Shown: piece after piece, positions 8,606 through 18,742 of the stretch | Numbering within the stretch: position 1 is the stretch's first letter | Layout: every line of letters starts with the position of its first letter | Source: Bacillota bacterium | GTDB lineage: Bacteria; Bacillota; Proteinivoracia; UBA4975 | DNA length: 64,000 nucleotides | Direction: 5' to 3' | Assembly: GCA_012523545.1 (NCBI GenBank) | Contig: JAAYIH010000046.1 | Location: 97-64,096, forward strand | Notes under the pieces: model-generated | What the model saw: the letters and a program-made list of their open reading frames with translations, nothing else | What the model was told of the DNA's origin: nothing | The model's database searches: none | Made by a program: the position numbers and the translations under genes

Positions 8606-8791
8606 ATGGCGCATCTCAACCAAATGGAGTTGCAAAACCTGCGTCACATGATCGGCTGCCACGAACTGGCGGCCCAGAAGCTCGAGACTTATGCCCGCTC
8701 TGTCAGCGACTCCCAAATCAGGCAGATGTTCCAGCAATCTGCCCAATCGGCCCGCAGCGCCAAGCAAAAACTGATGTCATTCTTAAGCTAG
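8606..8791 (+). CDS. Small spore-coat-associated protein (partner of the Coat F gene)
   Basis: AAGGAGG RBS; LNQMELQNLRHMIG.H....QKL..YA..V.D pattern; directly upstream of the Coat F-like gene. Confidence 0.7.
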   Translation: MAHLNQMELQNLRHMIGCHELAAQKLETYARSVSDSQIRQMFQQSAQSARSAKQKLMSFLS

Positions 8792-8801
8792 GAGGGACAC
8801 C

Positions 8802-9050
8802 ATGCAGGAAAAACACATGGTCAATGACGTGCTTTCGATGTACAACAGCAGCCTGACTACTTATGCCAGCGTCATTGCCGAAACCGAAAACCAGCAATTG
8901 CGCCAGACCCTGCAACAGATGCGGGATGAGGACGAAAAGTTCCAGTACCAGCTGTTTCAAATTGCAAGCCAGAAAGGGTACTATCAGCCGGCGCAAAAAG
9001 CCGACCCGCAGGACATCCAGCAGGTCAAAGCGCAACTGGGAGGAAGTTAA
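8802..9050 (+). CDS. Spore coat protein, Coat F domain
   Basis: EKHMVNDVLS...YA.VIAETEN.QLRQTL.Q.R....FQ..LF.IA.QKGYY.P. Confidence 0.8.
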   Translation: MQEKHMVNDVLSMYNSSLTTYASVIAETENQQLRQTLQQMRDEDEKFQYQLFQIASQKGYYQPAQKADPQDIQQVKAQLGGS

Positions 9051-9113
9051 ACAGTACCCCATATTAATGCCAAAAGAGCGCAGTTTATGCGCTCTTTTCC
9101 TTTGCCTGTATTG

Positions 9114-10892
9114 TTACTCCGTCAGCCGCAGGAACTCTTTGCAATCGGCCGCTGCCATGTCCACGGCCTGCTGCCAGAAGTCCGGTCTGGTCAGGTCCAC
9201 GCCCAGGTGACGCCGGGCCAGGTCCTCCACCCGCATGCGGCCGGTATCCCGGAGCAGGTTGATGTACCGTTGTTCAAAATCCGCTCCCCCGTCCCTGGAC
9301 AGGGCGTAAATGCCCGCGCTGAACAGGTAACCAAAGGTGTAGGGGAAGTTGTAGAAGGGCACCCCGGTATTGTAAAAGTGGAGCTTGGAGCACCAGAAGC
9401 GGGGATGCCAGACATCCAGGCTGTTGCGGTACGCCTTTTTCTGGGCCTCTTCCATCAGCTCGTTGAGGCGGTCGGCCCCCACCGGACCCCGGCGGCGTTC
9501 TTCGTAAAAACTGGTCTCGAACAAGAAGCGGCAGTGGATGTTCATGAAGAAGGCGATGCTGCCGTCCACTTTGCCGGCCAGAAGGGCCAGTTTTTCCTCG
9601 CGGTCGGCGGCCTGTTGCACCGCAGCGTCGGAAACCACCATTTCATTGAAAGTCGAGGCTGTCTCAGCGACGTTCATGGCATAGCGCTGGGCCAGAAAAG
9701 GCAGATCGGTCATGACATGCTGATGGAAAGCATGCCCCAGTTCGTGGGCCAAAGTGGAGACGTTGTCGGGGGTGCCGGCAAAGGTCATGAAAACCCTGGT
9801 TTCCTTGCTGACCGGGAAGCTGGTGCAAAAAGCCCCGGCGCGCTTGTTGCCCCGGTTCTCGGCTTCCACCCAGCGCTTTTGCAGGGCCGAAACCACGAAA
9901 TCCGCCATCCTGGGGCTGACCCGCCGCAACTGCTCCACCACGAAATTGGCGGCCTCGTCAAAAGTATAAGTCCTGTTAACTTTGCCCACCGGGGCGCCAA
10001 CGTCGTACCACGTCAGTTTTTCCAGATTGAGCAGTTGCCTCTTCCGGTCCAGGTATTTGACAAAGATGTCCTTGTTGTCCTCGACGACGCCCCACATAAC
10101 ATCCAGGGTCTCGGCCTGCATGCGGTTGACGTCCAGGGGTTCTTTGAGGAAGGAATCCCAGCCCCGGTGCTTGTAGAGGTTGAGCCTAAAGCCGGCCAGA
10201 TGGTTGAGGGCGCCGGCGCACAAATCTTCCTCCTGCTCCCAGGCCTCTTCCCACAGCCGGCCGGCCTTGGCACGCACAGCCGCGTCGGGATGGGAAAACA
10301 GGTTGGCAAACTGCCCTACCGACAACAATTCTGTCTTTCCGTCCTGCTCCCAGGCAATTTCCATCCTGCCGGTGACGGTATTGTACAGCTCCGACCAGCC
10401 GTGGTAGCCGTCCACCGCCAGGTCGTTGGCCAGCCTTTCCTGATCGGCAGACATCTTTTCCCTGGCCCTTTGCCGCATTTCCTCCAGGCTAAAGGCAATG
10501 GGCTTGAGTTCGGGGGTTTCCAGCAGTTCCGCCCAGGTCCCGTCGTCCATGGCCAGGATTTTCTCGTCCACGGCAGCCTGCACCGAACTCAAAGCGGCAT
10601 AGAGCTGGCGTACCCGCCCCGCCAGCAGCTTGGCCTTTTTGTCCTTGGTGTTTTGCGCGTCGAGGCAGCCGATGAAGGCACCGGCTTGCCGCAACCGGGC
10701 GGCCACATCCTGGTTTTTGTCGATGAACTGCCTCCATTGCTCCCGGTCGGCGCCAGCCGGTATCAGCGCCTGCAAGCTTTCGATGTCCGCCGCCACCTGC
10801 CGGAGGTGGGCATCCAGTTGCGGCGAGCTGCTGCCTCCCGGAAAAATGGAGTCCAGATCCCACACCGGATTGAGATTTTTTAGCATAAGCAT
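9114..10892 (-). CDS. pepF: Oligoendopeptidase F, M3 family
   Basis: WDLDSIF N-terminus, HELGHAFH zinc motif, AETASTFNE, FYNFPYTFG. Confidence 0.92.
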   Translation of the reverse strand: MLMLKNLNPVWDLDSIFPGGSSSPQLDAHLRQVAADIESLQALIPAGADREQWRQFIDKNQDVAARLRQAGAFIGCLDAQNTKDKKAKLLAGRVRQLYAALSSVQAAVDEKILAMDDGTWAELLETPELKPIAFSLEEMRQRAREKMSADQERLANDLAVDGYHGWSELYNTVTGRMEIAWEQDGKTELLSVGQFANLFSHPDAAVRAKAGRLWEEAWEQEEDLCAGALNHLAGFRLNLYKHRGWDSFLKEPLDVNRMQAETLDVMWGVVEDNKDIFVKYLDRKRQLLNLEKLTWYDVGAPVGKVNRTYTFDEAANFVVEQLRRVSPRMADFVVSALQKRWVEAENRGNKRAGAFCTSFPVSKETRVFMTFAGTPDNVSTLAHELGHAFHQHVMTDLPFLAQRYAMNVAETASTFNEMVVSDAAVQQAADREEKLALLAGKVDGSIAFFMNIHCRFLFETSFYEERRRGPVGADRLNELMEEAQKKAYRNSLDVWHPRFWCSKLHFYNTGVPFYNFPYTFGYLFSAGIYALSRDGGADFEQRYINLLRDTGRMRVEDLARRHLGVDLTRPDFWQQAVDMAAADCKEFLRLTE

Positions 10893-10948
10893 ACCTCCAT
10901 GCTATTTTCGTCATATAATACTTCTCTGCCCGGCAAAAAATACCTCCC

Positions 10949-11965
10949 CTATTGCCAGGCCCGCCGGTACTGGTAAGGGATTTCCAGCTCGGCGCCCAGT
11001 TCCCGGGCGGCGTACAGCGGCCAGTTGGGGTTGCGCAGCAGTTCCCGGCCCAGGAGAACCAGGTCGGCCCGCTGGTTGGCCACAATTTCTTCGGCCTGCA
11101 GCGGAGAAGTGATGAGCCCCACGGCGCCGGTGGCAATTCCGGTCTTATGCCGGAAAAACTCGGCATAGGGAATCTGGTAGCCCGGGAAGGGATTGATGTC
11201 AACGGGGACGACAGCGCCGCTGGAACAATCCAGCAGGTCGACCCCCTGATCCCGCATGCGCTCCACTGCATATAAGTAGTCTTCGGGATGATTGCCCTGG
11301 GGATGGTACTCCTCGGCAGAAATTCTCACCATCAGGGGCCCGGTCCAGACAGCCTTAACAGCGTCGATTACCTCGGCCAAAAAGCGGTAACGGTTTTCCG
11401 GGCTGCCGCCGTAACTGTCTTCCCGGCGGTTGGTCAACGGCGACAAAAACTGATTGATAAGGTAACCGTGGGCGGCGTGGATTTCCACCGCCTGGAACCC
11501 GGCTTCTCTGGCCCGCCGGGCGGCTTCGCCAAAGGCCGCAGCGGCCTGGTGTATCTCTTCTTCAGTCATGGCCCGGGGCAGGGGGTACTTGTCGCTGAAG
11601 GCTATGGCCGACGGCGCCAGCCCTGCCTCGTCCAGCCCCGCCTTGCGCCCGGCGTGATTTAGCTGGATCGCCGCCACGCACCCCTGGCTCTTGATGGTTT
11701 CCGCCAGCTTCGCCATGCCTTCCACCTGCCCGTCGCTCCACAAGCCCAGGTCGTTTTTGGAAATGCGGCCGCGGGGGTCGACGGCGGTGGCTTCCACGAT
11801 GATCATGCCCGCCTGCCCCACAGCCCTGGCCCCGTAATGAATTATGTGCCAGTCGGTCACCACGCCGTCCTCAGCAAGACAAGAATAGGTGCACATGGGC
11901 GACATGACAATCCGGTTTTTCAGCTCTGCGTCGCCCAGGCGGCAGGGGGTAAAAAGTTTTGCCAA
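10949..11965 (-). CDS. namA: NADPH dehydrogenase (Old Yellow Enzyme, YqjM/NamA type)
   Basis: [37 protein letters not shown]-terminal QY.R.W. Confidence 0.9.
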   Translation of the reverse strand: MAKLFTPCRLGDAELKNRIVMSPMCTYSCLAEDGVVTDWHIIHYGARAVGQAGMIIVEATAVDPRGRISKNDLGLWSDGQVEGMAKLAETIKSQGCVAAIQLNHAGRKAGLDEAGLAPSAIAFSDKYPLPRAMTEEEIHQAAAAFGEAARRAREAGFQAVEIHAAHGYLINQFLSPLTNRREDSYGGSPENRYRFLAEVIDAVKAVWTGPLMVRISAEEYHPQGNHPEDYLYAVERMRDQGVDLLDCSSGAVVPVDINPFPGYQIPYAEFFRHKTGIATGAVGLITSPLQAEEIVANQRADLVLLGRELLRNPNWPLYAARELGAELEIPYQYRRAWQ

Positions 11966-12050
11966 ACGACATCATCCTTTCTCTTTGGCTGATAATCCCA
12001 GTTTCTTATTATTATAAAGCATTAAAGAGATAACGATAAGCCGGCGTTTC

Positions 12051-12085
12051 GAAAAAAACAGATCCCCAGTGCAGGGGATCTGTTG
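12051..12085 (-). terminator. Intrinsic terminator after ABC transporter
   Basis: AACAGATCCCC-agtgca-GGGGATCTGTT with adjacent A7 tract. Confidence 0.75.
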
Positions 12086-12089
12086 CAGG

Positions 12090-13853
12090 TCAGATGGCTT
12101 CGACGGCCAGTTCCCGGTCGGCGCTTTGCGCCTGACAAAGCTGGTAGTACAGGCCTTTTTGGGCCAGCAGCTCCCTGTGGTTGCCCTGTTCCAGGATTTC
12201 CCCGTCCCGGAGCACAATGATGTGGTCGGCGTCCTGGATGGTGGATAAACGGTGGGCGATGACTATAGCTGTCTTGTTTTCCTTGAGCCTGTTGAGGGCC
12301 TCCTGGATGAGGCGTTCGGTTTGAGTGTCCACTGCCGAGGTGGCCTCGTCCAGGATGAGGATGGGCGCGTCCTTGAGGATTGCCCGGGCAATGGAAATGC
12401 GTTGTTTTTGCCCGCCGGACAGCTTTACCCCCCGCTCGCCGATTTTGGTGTCATAACCGTTTTCCAGGCCCATGATAAAGTCATGGGCGTTGGCCGCCTT
12501 GGCGGCGGCGATAATTTCGGCCTGGCTGGCCCCCGGAGAACCGTACAGGATATTTTCCCGCACCGTACCGTTGAACAAAAACACGTCCTGAGAAACCAGG
12601 CTGATCTGCCGGCGCAGGCTGTTGAGGGACAGCTTGCGGATGTCGATGCCGTCGATTAGAATCTCTCCTTCGTCGGGATCGTAGAAGCGGGGGATGAGGC
12701 TGGCGATGGTGGTCTTGCCCACGCCGGTGGCGCCCACCAGGGCCAGGGTCTCCCCGGGCCTGACGGTAAATGAGATGTTCTTGAGAACGGGGATGCTGTC
12801 GACATAGCGGAAACTGACATTGCGAAACTCCACCTCGCCCCTGGCCCGGCGCAAATGAACAGGGTTGGGAATTTCCCTGATTTCCGGTTGGGCCTGGAGG
12901 ATCTCCACCACCCGTTCGGCGCTGCCCAGGGCCTGTTGCAGGCCTTCGTTAATCTGGCCCAGGGCCATGATGGGCTGGTAGAAGATGTTCAGGTAGAGCA
13001 AAAAGGCCACCAGATCCTGCATGGGCAAGTAGCTGCCCAGGGCCAGCCTGCCCCCGAAGAAGATTACTATCACCGTACCCAGGCTGGCCACAAACTCAAT
13101 GCCGGGGTGGAAGGCATTGGTTACCTTCAGGGCCCGCAGCATGGCCCGGGTCTGCACTGCCAGGGCGGCACCGGTGCGCCTGGATTCGTATTCCTCCTGG
13201 GTAAAGGCCTTAATTTCCCTGATGCCGCTGAAGTTATCCTGCAGGATGGCGTTGAGTTCCCCCACTTTTTCCTGGTTGATGCGGAACAGCGGCCGCGAGA
13301 TTTTGCTGAATTTCAGCACCATCCAGGCCAGCAGGGGCACGGGGATCAAAGTGAGCATGGCCAGGGTAAGGTTCATGCGCGACAGGATGACAAACACCCC
13401 GACCAGCATGATGCCGTTGACCACCACCGTGGGAATGGCGTGAGCCAGCAGCACTTCAAAGGTGCGGGTGTCGTTGATGACGCGGGACATCAGGTCGCCC
13501 GTCTGCTTGTCGCTGTAATAGCGCATGGACATGCGCTGCAGCGCGTCGTACATCCTGTGCCGGATATCCCGCACCATGTTCCACGCGGCGCAATGGGATA
13601 TGTAATCGGTGCCGAACTTGGAAAGGGCCCGGATTATATAAACCGCCACAATGGAAAGGGCCAGGTACGTAATATAGCTGTAATCGGGGGCCCCCGCTCC
13701 CGCCGCCAGGTCCTCCACCATAGCCACCAGGCTGCGGATGAGCCAGGGCCCGGTAAGGTTGGCTGCCGTTACCAGCAGCATGCAGACGGTGGCGGCCACA
13801 ATCCACCACCTGTAAGGCTTGGCAAAAGGCAAGATTGCTTTCAGTTCTTTCAC
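12090..13853 (-). CDS. ABC exporter, fused permease/ATP-binding (multidrug type)
   Basis: 6 TM helices, GATGVGKT, LSGGQKQR, ILDEATS. Confidence 0.93.
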   Translation of the reverse strand: MKELKAILPFAKPYRWWIVAATVCMLLVTAANLTGPWLIRSLVAMVEDLAAGAGAPDYSYITYLALSIVAVYIIRALSKFGTDYISHCAAWNMVRDIRHRMYDALQRMSMRYYSDKQTGDLMSRVINDTRTFEVLLAHAIPTVVVNGIMLVGVFVILSRMNLTLAMLTLIPVPLLAWMVLKFSKISRPLFRINQEKVGELNAILQDNFSGIREIKAFTQEEYESRRTGAALAVQTRAMLRALKVTNAFHPGIEFVASLGTVIVIFFGGRLALGSYLPMQDLVAFLLYLNIFYQPIMALGQINEGLQQALGSAERVVEILQAQPEIREIPNPVHLRRARGEVEFRNVSFRYVDSIPVLKNISFTVRPGETLALVGATGVGKTTIASLIPRFYDPDEGEILIDGIDIRKLSLNSLRRQISLVSQDVFLFNGTVRENILYGSPGASQAEIIAAAKAANAHDFIMGLENGYDTKIGERGVKLSGGQKQRISIARAILKDAPILILDEATSAVDTQTERLIQEALNRLKENKTAIVIAHRLSTIQDADHIIVLRDGEILEQGNHRELLAQKGLYYQLCQAQSADRELAVEAI

Positions 13854-14287
13854 CGATTTTCCTCCTCCGGTACTCCGTCCTTAAGTTTTTGCAACAGATT
13901 TTTCAGGGTGAGCAATTCATCCTCGTTCAAAACTCCCATGCGCGCCTCAATAAACTGCTGGTGCCGGGGGAAGATTTCCGCCTTCAACTTCGTCCCCGCT
14001 TCCGTCAGCTTGACCAGCCACACGCGCCGGTCCTCCCGGGAATGCTCGCGGTACACCCAGCCGTTCTCGGCCATGCGGTCGATAATTCCCGTCATGTTGC
14101 TGGCATTGCACTGCAGCTCCCGGGCCAGTTCATGGGCAGGAGTCCCCTGCTCGCCAATATGGTACAGGGCATGGAATTGGGGCCAGGTAATGCCGTAGTC
14201 TTCCACCTTTTTGCGGGATTCCGCCTTGAGGCGGCGGCTGGTTTTGCGCAACAGCCAGTAAACCTCCCGGGCCAGGGATTTTCCCAT
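13850..14287 (-). CDS. MarR family transcriptional regulator
   Basis: GIT.PQF.AL, SNMTGIIDRM...GWV.R....DRR...V.LT.AG; coupled to the ABC gene. Confidence 0.9.
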   Translation of the reverse strand: MGKSLAREVYWLLRKTSRRLKAESRKKVEDYGITWPQFHALYHIGEQGTPAHELARELQCNASNMTGIIDRMAENGWVYREHSREDRRVWLVKLTEAGTKLKAEIFPRHQQFIEARMGVLNEDELLTLKNLLQKLKDGVPEEENR

Positions 14288-14434
14288 GGAAAATTCCTCC
14301 CCTCTCCAATAGTCCATATATGAATTATACAATACTAAAATAACAAAGCAACATGCCGAGCAACACCGGCCCGGGCGGCAAGACTTAAGCCGGCAGCGGG
14401 GCACAAAAAACCGGAACGCGTCCGGTTAATGGGA

Positions 14435-15535
14435 TTATGCAATGGGTATCGGGGCGATGCCCACACCTGCCGGGGAAAAACCTACAGTTATGGTGGCGAA
14501 AACTGCATCGTCATTGACGTCGATGACCGAGACAAAGGTTTCGTCGAAATTCGCCACGTACGCTTTGGCCCCGTCGGGAGTTACAGCCACTGCCACAGGG
14601 TTTCCCCCAATGTCGTCGGTAATTGTCGTGAGCACTGTGTCTGAGCTGACGTCGATAACCGAGACTGAGTCGGCATTGAAATTGGTGACGTAAGCCTTTT
14701 GGCCATCGGGGGTAAAGGCCACGCCAAAGGGCCCGTTCTGCACAATAATAGCGTCGACGGCAGTATCCGTGGCCACATCAATAACCGACACAAAACCGTC
14801 ATCAAAATTGGTAACATAAGCTTTGCTGCCATCGGGAGAGAAAGCTACCCCAATGGGATTATCTCCCACGGTGATGGTAGCTGTTACGGTATCAGTCGCA
14901 GTGTCTATCACAGATACGGTATTCTCCCCAAAGTTCGCCACGTATACTTTGGCGCCGTCGGGAGAAACAGCCAGCCCTCTCGGCGCATCCCCCACCGGAA
15001 TGGTGGCAATAACCAGTTCTGTGGCCATATCGATGACAGAAACGGTATCATCGCTTATGTTGGAAACATAAGCTTTTTCTCCGTTGGGGGTAAGATCTAT
15101 CTCATCCGGCCCGTTACCAACCGGGATTTCCCTCACCACCACGCGGTTTAACGTATCGATAACCGAGACTGAATCTCTTCCATTATTGACCACATAAGCC
15201 TTTCTCGCATCGGGAGCAAAGGCAACGTCGCCGGGCGAATTACCCACGGAAATGGTGTCGATTACGGTGTTGGTATTGGTATTAATTACCGCGACGTCAT
15301 TGCTGCTTTGGAGGGGCACATAAGCCAGGGGAACGACGTTGAGCCGGGTAACCTGAATCAATCGGTTGCAGCAGAGGTTAATCAACTGGCCCAGGTTCTC
15401 GATCTGCATGGTATTGGGGGAAACGGCGCCCACCAGGTATCCGGTTACAGGGTCACTGGAATAGATAACTTGTATGGCAACGCCGGGGGCGATGCCGGCA
15501 AGCAATTCTGCGCATGGGCAATTTACGACTCCCAA
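14435..15535 (-). CDS. YVTN-type beta-propeller repeat protein with Cys-containing N-terminal domain
   Basis: About 7 repeats of PDG.KAYV.N....VSVID..T..V..TI.VG..P; GAGGAGG RBS then TTG; no signal peptide. Confidence 0.88.
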   Translation of the reverse strand: MGVVNCPCAELLAGIAPGVAIQVIYSSDPVTGYLVGAVSPNTMQIENLGQLINLCCNRLIQVTRLNVVPLAYVPLQSSNDVAVINTNTNTVIDTISVGNSPGDVAFAPDARKAYVVNNGRDSVSVIDTLNRVVVREIPVGNGPDEIDLTPNGEKAYVSNISDDTVSVIDMATELVIATIPVGDAPRGLAVSPDGAKVYVANFGENTVSVIDTATDTVTATITVGDNPIGVAFSPDGSKAYVTNFDDGFVSVIDVATDTAVDAIIVQNGPFGVAFTPDGQKAYVTNFNADSVSVIDVSSDTVLTTITDDIGGNPVAVAVTPDGAKAYVANFDETFVSVIDVNDDAVFATITVGFSPAGVGIAPIPIA

Positions 15536-15673
15536 GTTTTTCTCCTCCTCAATTATTGGCCGCCACCAGGGAGTGTGCGGAATTCTCCTGCGTACAGTAT
15601 ATTCCGCCCCCGGCCGGCGGGGATGTGGGCAACGGACCCCGGGCGCAAAAAAGCGCCGGAATCGGCGCTTTGG

Positions 15674-17542
15674 TCATTGCATCATTTGACAAACTTTGTT
15701 GGTGAAGTCAACAGGATCTTCCAAAGGAATGCCTTCAATCAACAGGGCCTGGTTGTACAACAGGTCGGTGTAAAGCTTAAATTTCTCCCGGTCCTCGCTA
15801 TGGGCTTTCTTGAGAACCTGGTAAACGCGGTGACCGGTGTTGATCTCCAGTATCTTTTCCGCCTTGATGCCCTGGGCGTTGGGCAGGGCATTGAGGATTT
15901 TCTCCATCTCGATGGACAGCTCGCCTTCACTGGTCAGGCAAACGGGATGGGACTTAAGCCGCCTGGACGCCCGCACCTCCTTGACCTTGTCCCCCAGGAT
16001 TTCCTTCATGGCGGCAAACACCTTTTTGCCTTCCTCGTCGGGTTCAGAATCCTTGGCCTCGTCGATGCCGAGGTCGCCGCTGGACACCGACTTAAACTGC
16101 TTGTCTTTGTACTCCCGCAGCATCTTGACGGCAAACTCGTCGATGTCTTCGGTGAGGAAGAGTATGTCGTAGCCCTTGTCCCGGACAAACTCCGTCTGGG
16201 GCAGCTTCTCCAGCTTTTCCACCGACTCCCCGGCGGCGTAGTAGATGAATTTCTGGTCTTCCGGCATTTTGGCCACGTATTCCTCCAGGGTAATCATCTT
16301 CTTCTCCCGGTGGGAATAGAACAGCAACAAGTCCTGGAGCACGTCCTTGTTGGCGCCAAACTGCACGTATACTCCGTATTTTAACTGGCGCCCAAAGGAC
16401 TTGAAAAAGGTCTCGTATTTCTCCCGCTCATCCCTGAGCATATCCGCCAGCTCGCTTTTTATCCTGGACTGGATATTTTTGGCGATGAGCTTCAGCTGCC
16501 GGTCATGCTGGAGCATTTCCCGGGATATGTTGAGGGAGAGGTCGTCGGAATCCACCATCCCCTTGACAAAGCTGAAATAGTCCGGCAACAAATCGGGGCA
16601 CTTGCTCATGACCAGGACGCCGTTGGCATATAGTTCCAGCCCCTTTTCGTATTCCGGTGTGTAAAAGTCAAAGGGCGCCCGCTCGGGGATAAAGAGAATT
16701 GAGCGGTAACTTACAGCACCTTCAGCAGAAATATGCACATAGCGCAGGGGCTTGTCGAAGCCGTAGCGCTTCTCGGCGTAAAAATTGAGATAATCCTCTT
16801 CCTTGAGTTCGTTTTTGTTCTTCTTCCATATGGGCACCATGCTGTTGATTATTTCTTCCTGGACATACTCTTCGTATTCCGAATCGCTGCCTTCCTTGAG
16901 CCGGGTCTTGGTGACGTTCATTCTGATGGGGTAGCGGATGAAGTCGGAATACTTCTTGACAATGGCGATGATGCGGTGTTCTTCCAGGAACTGGCCGTAA
17001 TCCTCATCCTCGGTATTCTCTCTTATCTTAAGGACGACATCGGTGCCTGCTGAATCCTTCTCCCAGGGCTCGATGGTGTAGCCTTCGACGCCCCGGGATT
17101 CCCATTTCCAGGCCTTGTCGCTGCCATGGGCGCGGCTGATGACGGTGACGGTGTCGGCCACCATGAAAGCCGAGTAAAAGCCGACGCCGAACTGGCCGAT
17201 GAGGGCGCGGTCGTCCTCGAGCTCATTTTCCTGCTTGAAGGCCAGTGAACCGCTCCGGGCAATGACGCCCAGGTTCTCCTCCAGTTCTTCCCTGGTCATG
17301 CCGATGCCGGTGTCGGATACGGTGAGGAGGCGCTTTTCCTTATCCACCGCGATGCGTATGTAGTAATCGTCTTTGTTAAACTGCAGAGAATCGTCGGTCA
17401 GGGCCCGGTAATATATCTTGTCGATGGCGTCGCTGGCATTGGATATCAGCTCGCGCAGGAAAATCTCCTTGTGGGTGTAAATGGAGTTGATCATCAGGTC
17501 CAAGAGCCGTTTGGACTCGGCCTTAAACTGCTTCAGTTCCAA
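15674..17542 (-). CDS. htpG: Molecular chaperone HtpG (Hsp90)
   Basis: [50 protein letters not shown]; TTG start 17542 after AGGAGG. Confidence 0.97.
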   Translation of the reverse strand: MELKQFKAESKRLLDLMINSIYTHKEIFLRELISNASDAIDKIYYRALTDDSLQFNKDDYYIRIAVDKEKRLLTVSDTGIGMTREELEENLGVIARSGSLAFKQENELEDDRALIGQFGVGFYSAFMVADTVTVISRAHGSDKAWKWESRGVEGYTIEPWEKDSAGTDVVLKIRENTEDEDYGQFLEEHRIIAIVKKYSDFIRYPIRMNVTKTRLKEGSDSEYEEYVQEEIINSMVPIWKKNKNELKEEDYLNFYAEKRYGFDKPLRYVHISAEGAVSYRSILFIPERAPFDFYTPEYEKGLELYANGVLVMSKCPDLLPDYFSFVKGMVDSDDLSLNISREMLQHDRQLKLIAKNIQSRIKSELADMLRDEREKYETFFKSFGRQLKYGVYVQFGANKDVLQDLLLFYSHREKKMITLEEYVAKMPEDQKFIYYAAGESVEKLEKLPQTEFVRDKGYDILFLTEDIDEFAVKMLREYKDKQFKSVSSGDLGIDEAKDSEPDEEGKKVFAAMKEILGDKVKEVRASRRLKSHPVCLTSEGELSIEMEKILNALPNAQGIKAEKILEINTGHRVYQVLKKAHSEDREKFKLYTDLLYNQALLIEGIPLEDPVDFTNKVCQMMQ

Positions 17543-17570
17543 CTGGGATCCCCTCCTGGCAGTCAACAAA

Positions 17571-17597
17571 TTAGCACTCTCTCGCCCCGAGTGCTAA
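17571..17597. promoter_or_regulatory. CIRCE element (HrcA operator) of htpG
   Basis: Exact TTAGCACTC-N9-GAGTGCTAA between the promoter (TTGACA 17631-17626, N17, TATAAA) and the htpG RBS. Confidence 0.95.
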
Positions 17598-17748
17598 TAG
17601 ATTTTATACCAAAAGCGCCAATCCTTGTCAATGCGGGTGCAAAGGCCCGAGCCTCCAGGTATGCCGGCGGCTTAAGAAATTGCCATCCCCCCGGCGGCCC
17701 AAAATGTATTATAATGTCAGAGAGGACAAGCACAGGGGGTTGAATACA

Positions 17749-18504
17749 TTGAAACTCGTATCCTGGAACGTCAACGGCCTCCGGGCCTGTTTGAACAAGG
17801 GCTTTCTGGACTTCTTCCGGCAGGCGGACAGCGATATCTTCTGCATACAGGAAACCAAGCTCCAGGAAGGCCAGGTAGAGCTGGACCTGGAAGGGTATCA
17901 ACAGTACTGGAACAGCGCTGTCAAAAAGGGCTATTCCGGTACCGCCGTCTTCACCAGGGTCAACCCAATTGCGGTGAATTACGGAATTGGCCAGGAAATC
18001 CATGACCAGGAGGGGCGGGTCATCACCCTGGAACTGGAGCAGTTTTACCTGGTCAACGTCTATACGCCCAACTCCCAGCGGGGCCTGGCCCGCCTGGACT
18101 ACCGCATGGAATGGGAAAATGCCTTCCAGGGCTACCTGCAGGAACTGGACGCCAGCAAACCCGTGGTGGTGTGCGGCGACCTCAACGTGGCCCACAAGGA
18201 AATTGATATCAAGAATCCCGAAGCCAACCGCAGAAACGCCGGCTTTACCGATGAAGAACGGCAAAAGATGACGGAGCTGCTGAATAAGGGCTTCATCGAT
18301 ACCTTCCGCCACTTCTACCCCGACAAAAAAGACGCCTATACCTGGTGGTCCTACTTCCGCAATGCCCGGGAGCGCAACATCGGCTGGCGCATTGACTACT
18401 TCCTGGTCTCGGAAAGGCTCAGGGATTCCCTGGCAGGAGCAGAGATTCTCTCCCATGTCATGGGCAGCGACCACTGCCCCATCACCCTGGAATTGGAACT
18501 TTAA
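17749..18504 (+). CDS. xth: Exodeoxyribonuclease III / AP endonuclease
   Basis: SWNVNGLRA, CIQETK, GDLNVAH, YTWWSY, GWRIDYF, GSDHCP; TTG start. Confidence 0.95.
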   Translation: MKLVSWNVNGLRACLNKGFLDFFRQADSDIFCIQETKLQEGQVELDLEGYQQYWNSAVKKGYSGTAVFTRVNPIAVNYGIGQEIHDQEGRVITLELEQFYLVNVYTPNSQRGLARLDYRMEWENAFQGYLQELDASKPVVVCGDLNVAHKEIDIKNPEANRRNAGFTDEERQKMTELLNKGFIDTFRHFYPDKKDAYTWWSYFRNARERNIGWRIDYFLVSERLRDSLAGAEILSHVMGSDHCPITLELEL

Positions 18505-18534
18505 ACGGGCGGCATCCCGATGCCCCTCAACAAC

Positions 18535-18569
18535 AAACTAACCAGCGCTTCGCAGCGCTGGTTAGTTTT
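18535..18569. terminator. Bidirectional intrinsic terminator after xth
   Basis: AAACTAACCAGCGCT-tcgc-AGCGCTGGTTAGTTT. Confidence 0.85.
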
Positions 18570-18602
18570 ATTATGATGCAAAAATTATTTTATGCAACGT
18601 GA

Positions 18603-18701
18603 TTAGCTCAAAATCAAAACCAGCCCATCTAGGGCTCGTTTTAATTTTAGCTAAGCTATTGGCTAAAACATTATTGATTTTAGCTAAAACATTGCTATAA
18701 T
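18603..18701 (+). promoter_or_regulatory. sigmaA promoter with array of TTAGCTAA-type palindromic sites
   Basis: TTGATT (18674)-N16-TATAAT (18696) with extended TG. Perfect TTTTAGCTAAAA at 18678-18689 and variants at 18603, 18645 and 18659. Confidence 0.65.
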
Positions 18702-18742
18702 TATATTATCGTACTTAATAATAAAAATCGGAGGTGACTTCA

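Noticed and set aside
8510-8767. 86-aa N-terminal extension of the PBP ORF
   Set aside because: Overlaps the opposite-strand coat gene; RBS and signal peptide point to ATG 8509
9087-10883. 598-aa plus-strand ORF
   Set aside because: Antisense shadow of pepF caused by GC-rich codon bias; no motifs
14435-15330. Periodic DNA repeats as a possible CRISPR or tandem array
   Set aside because: They are degenerate ~126-bp coding repeats of the YVTN propeller, with no identical repeats or unique spacers
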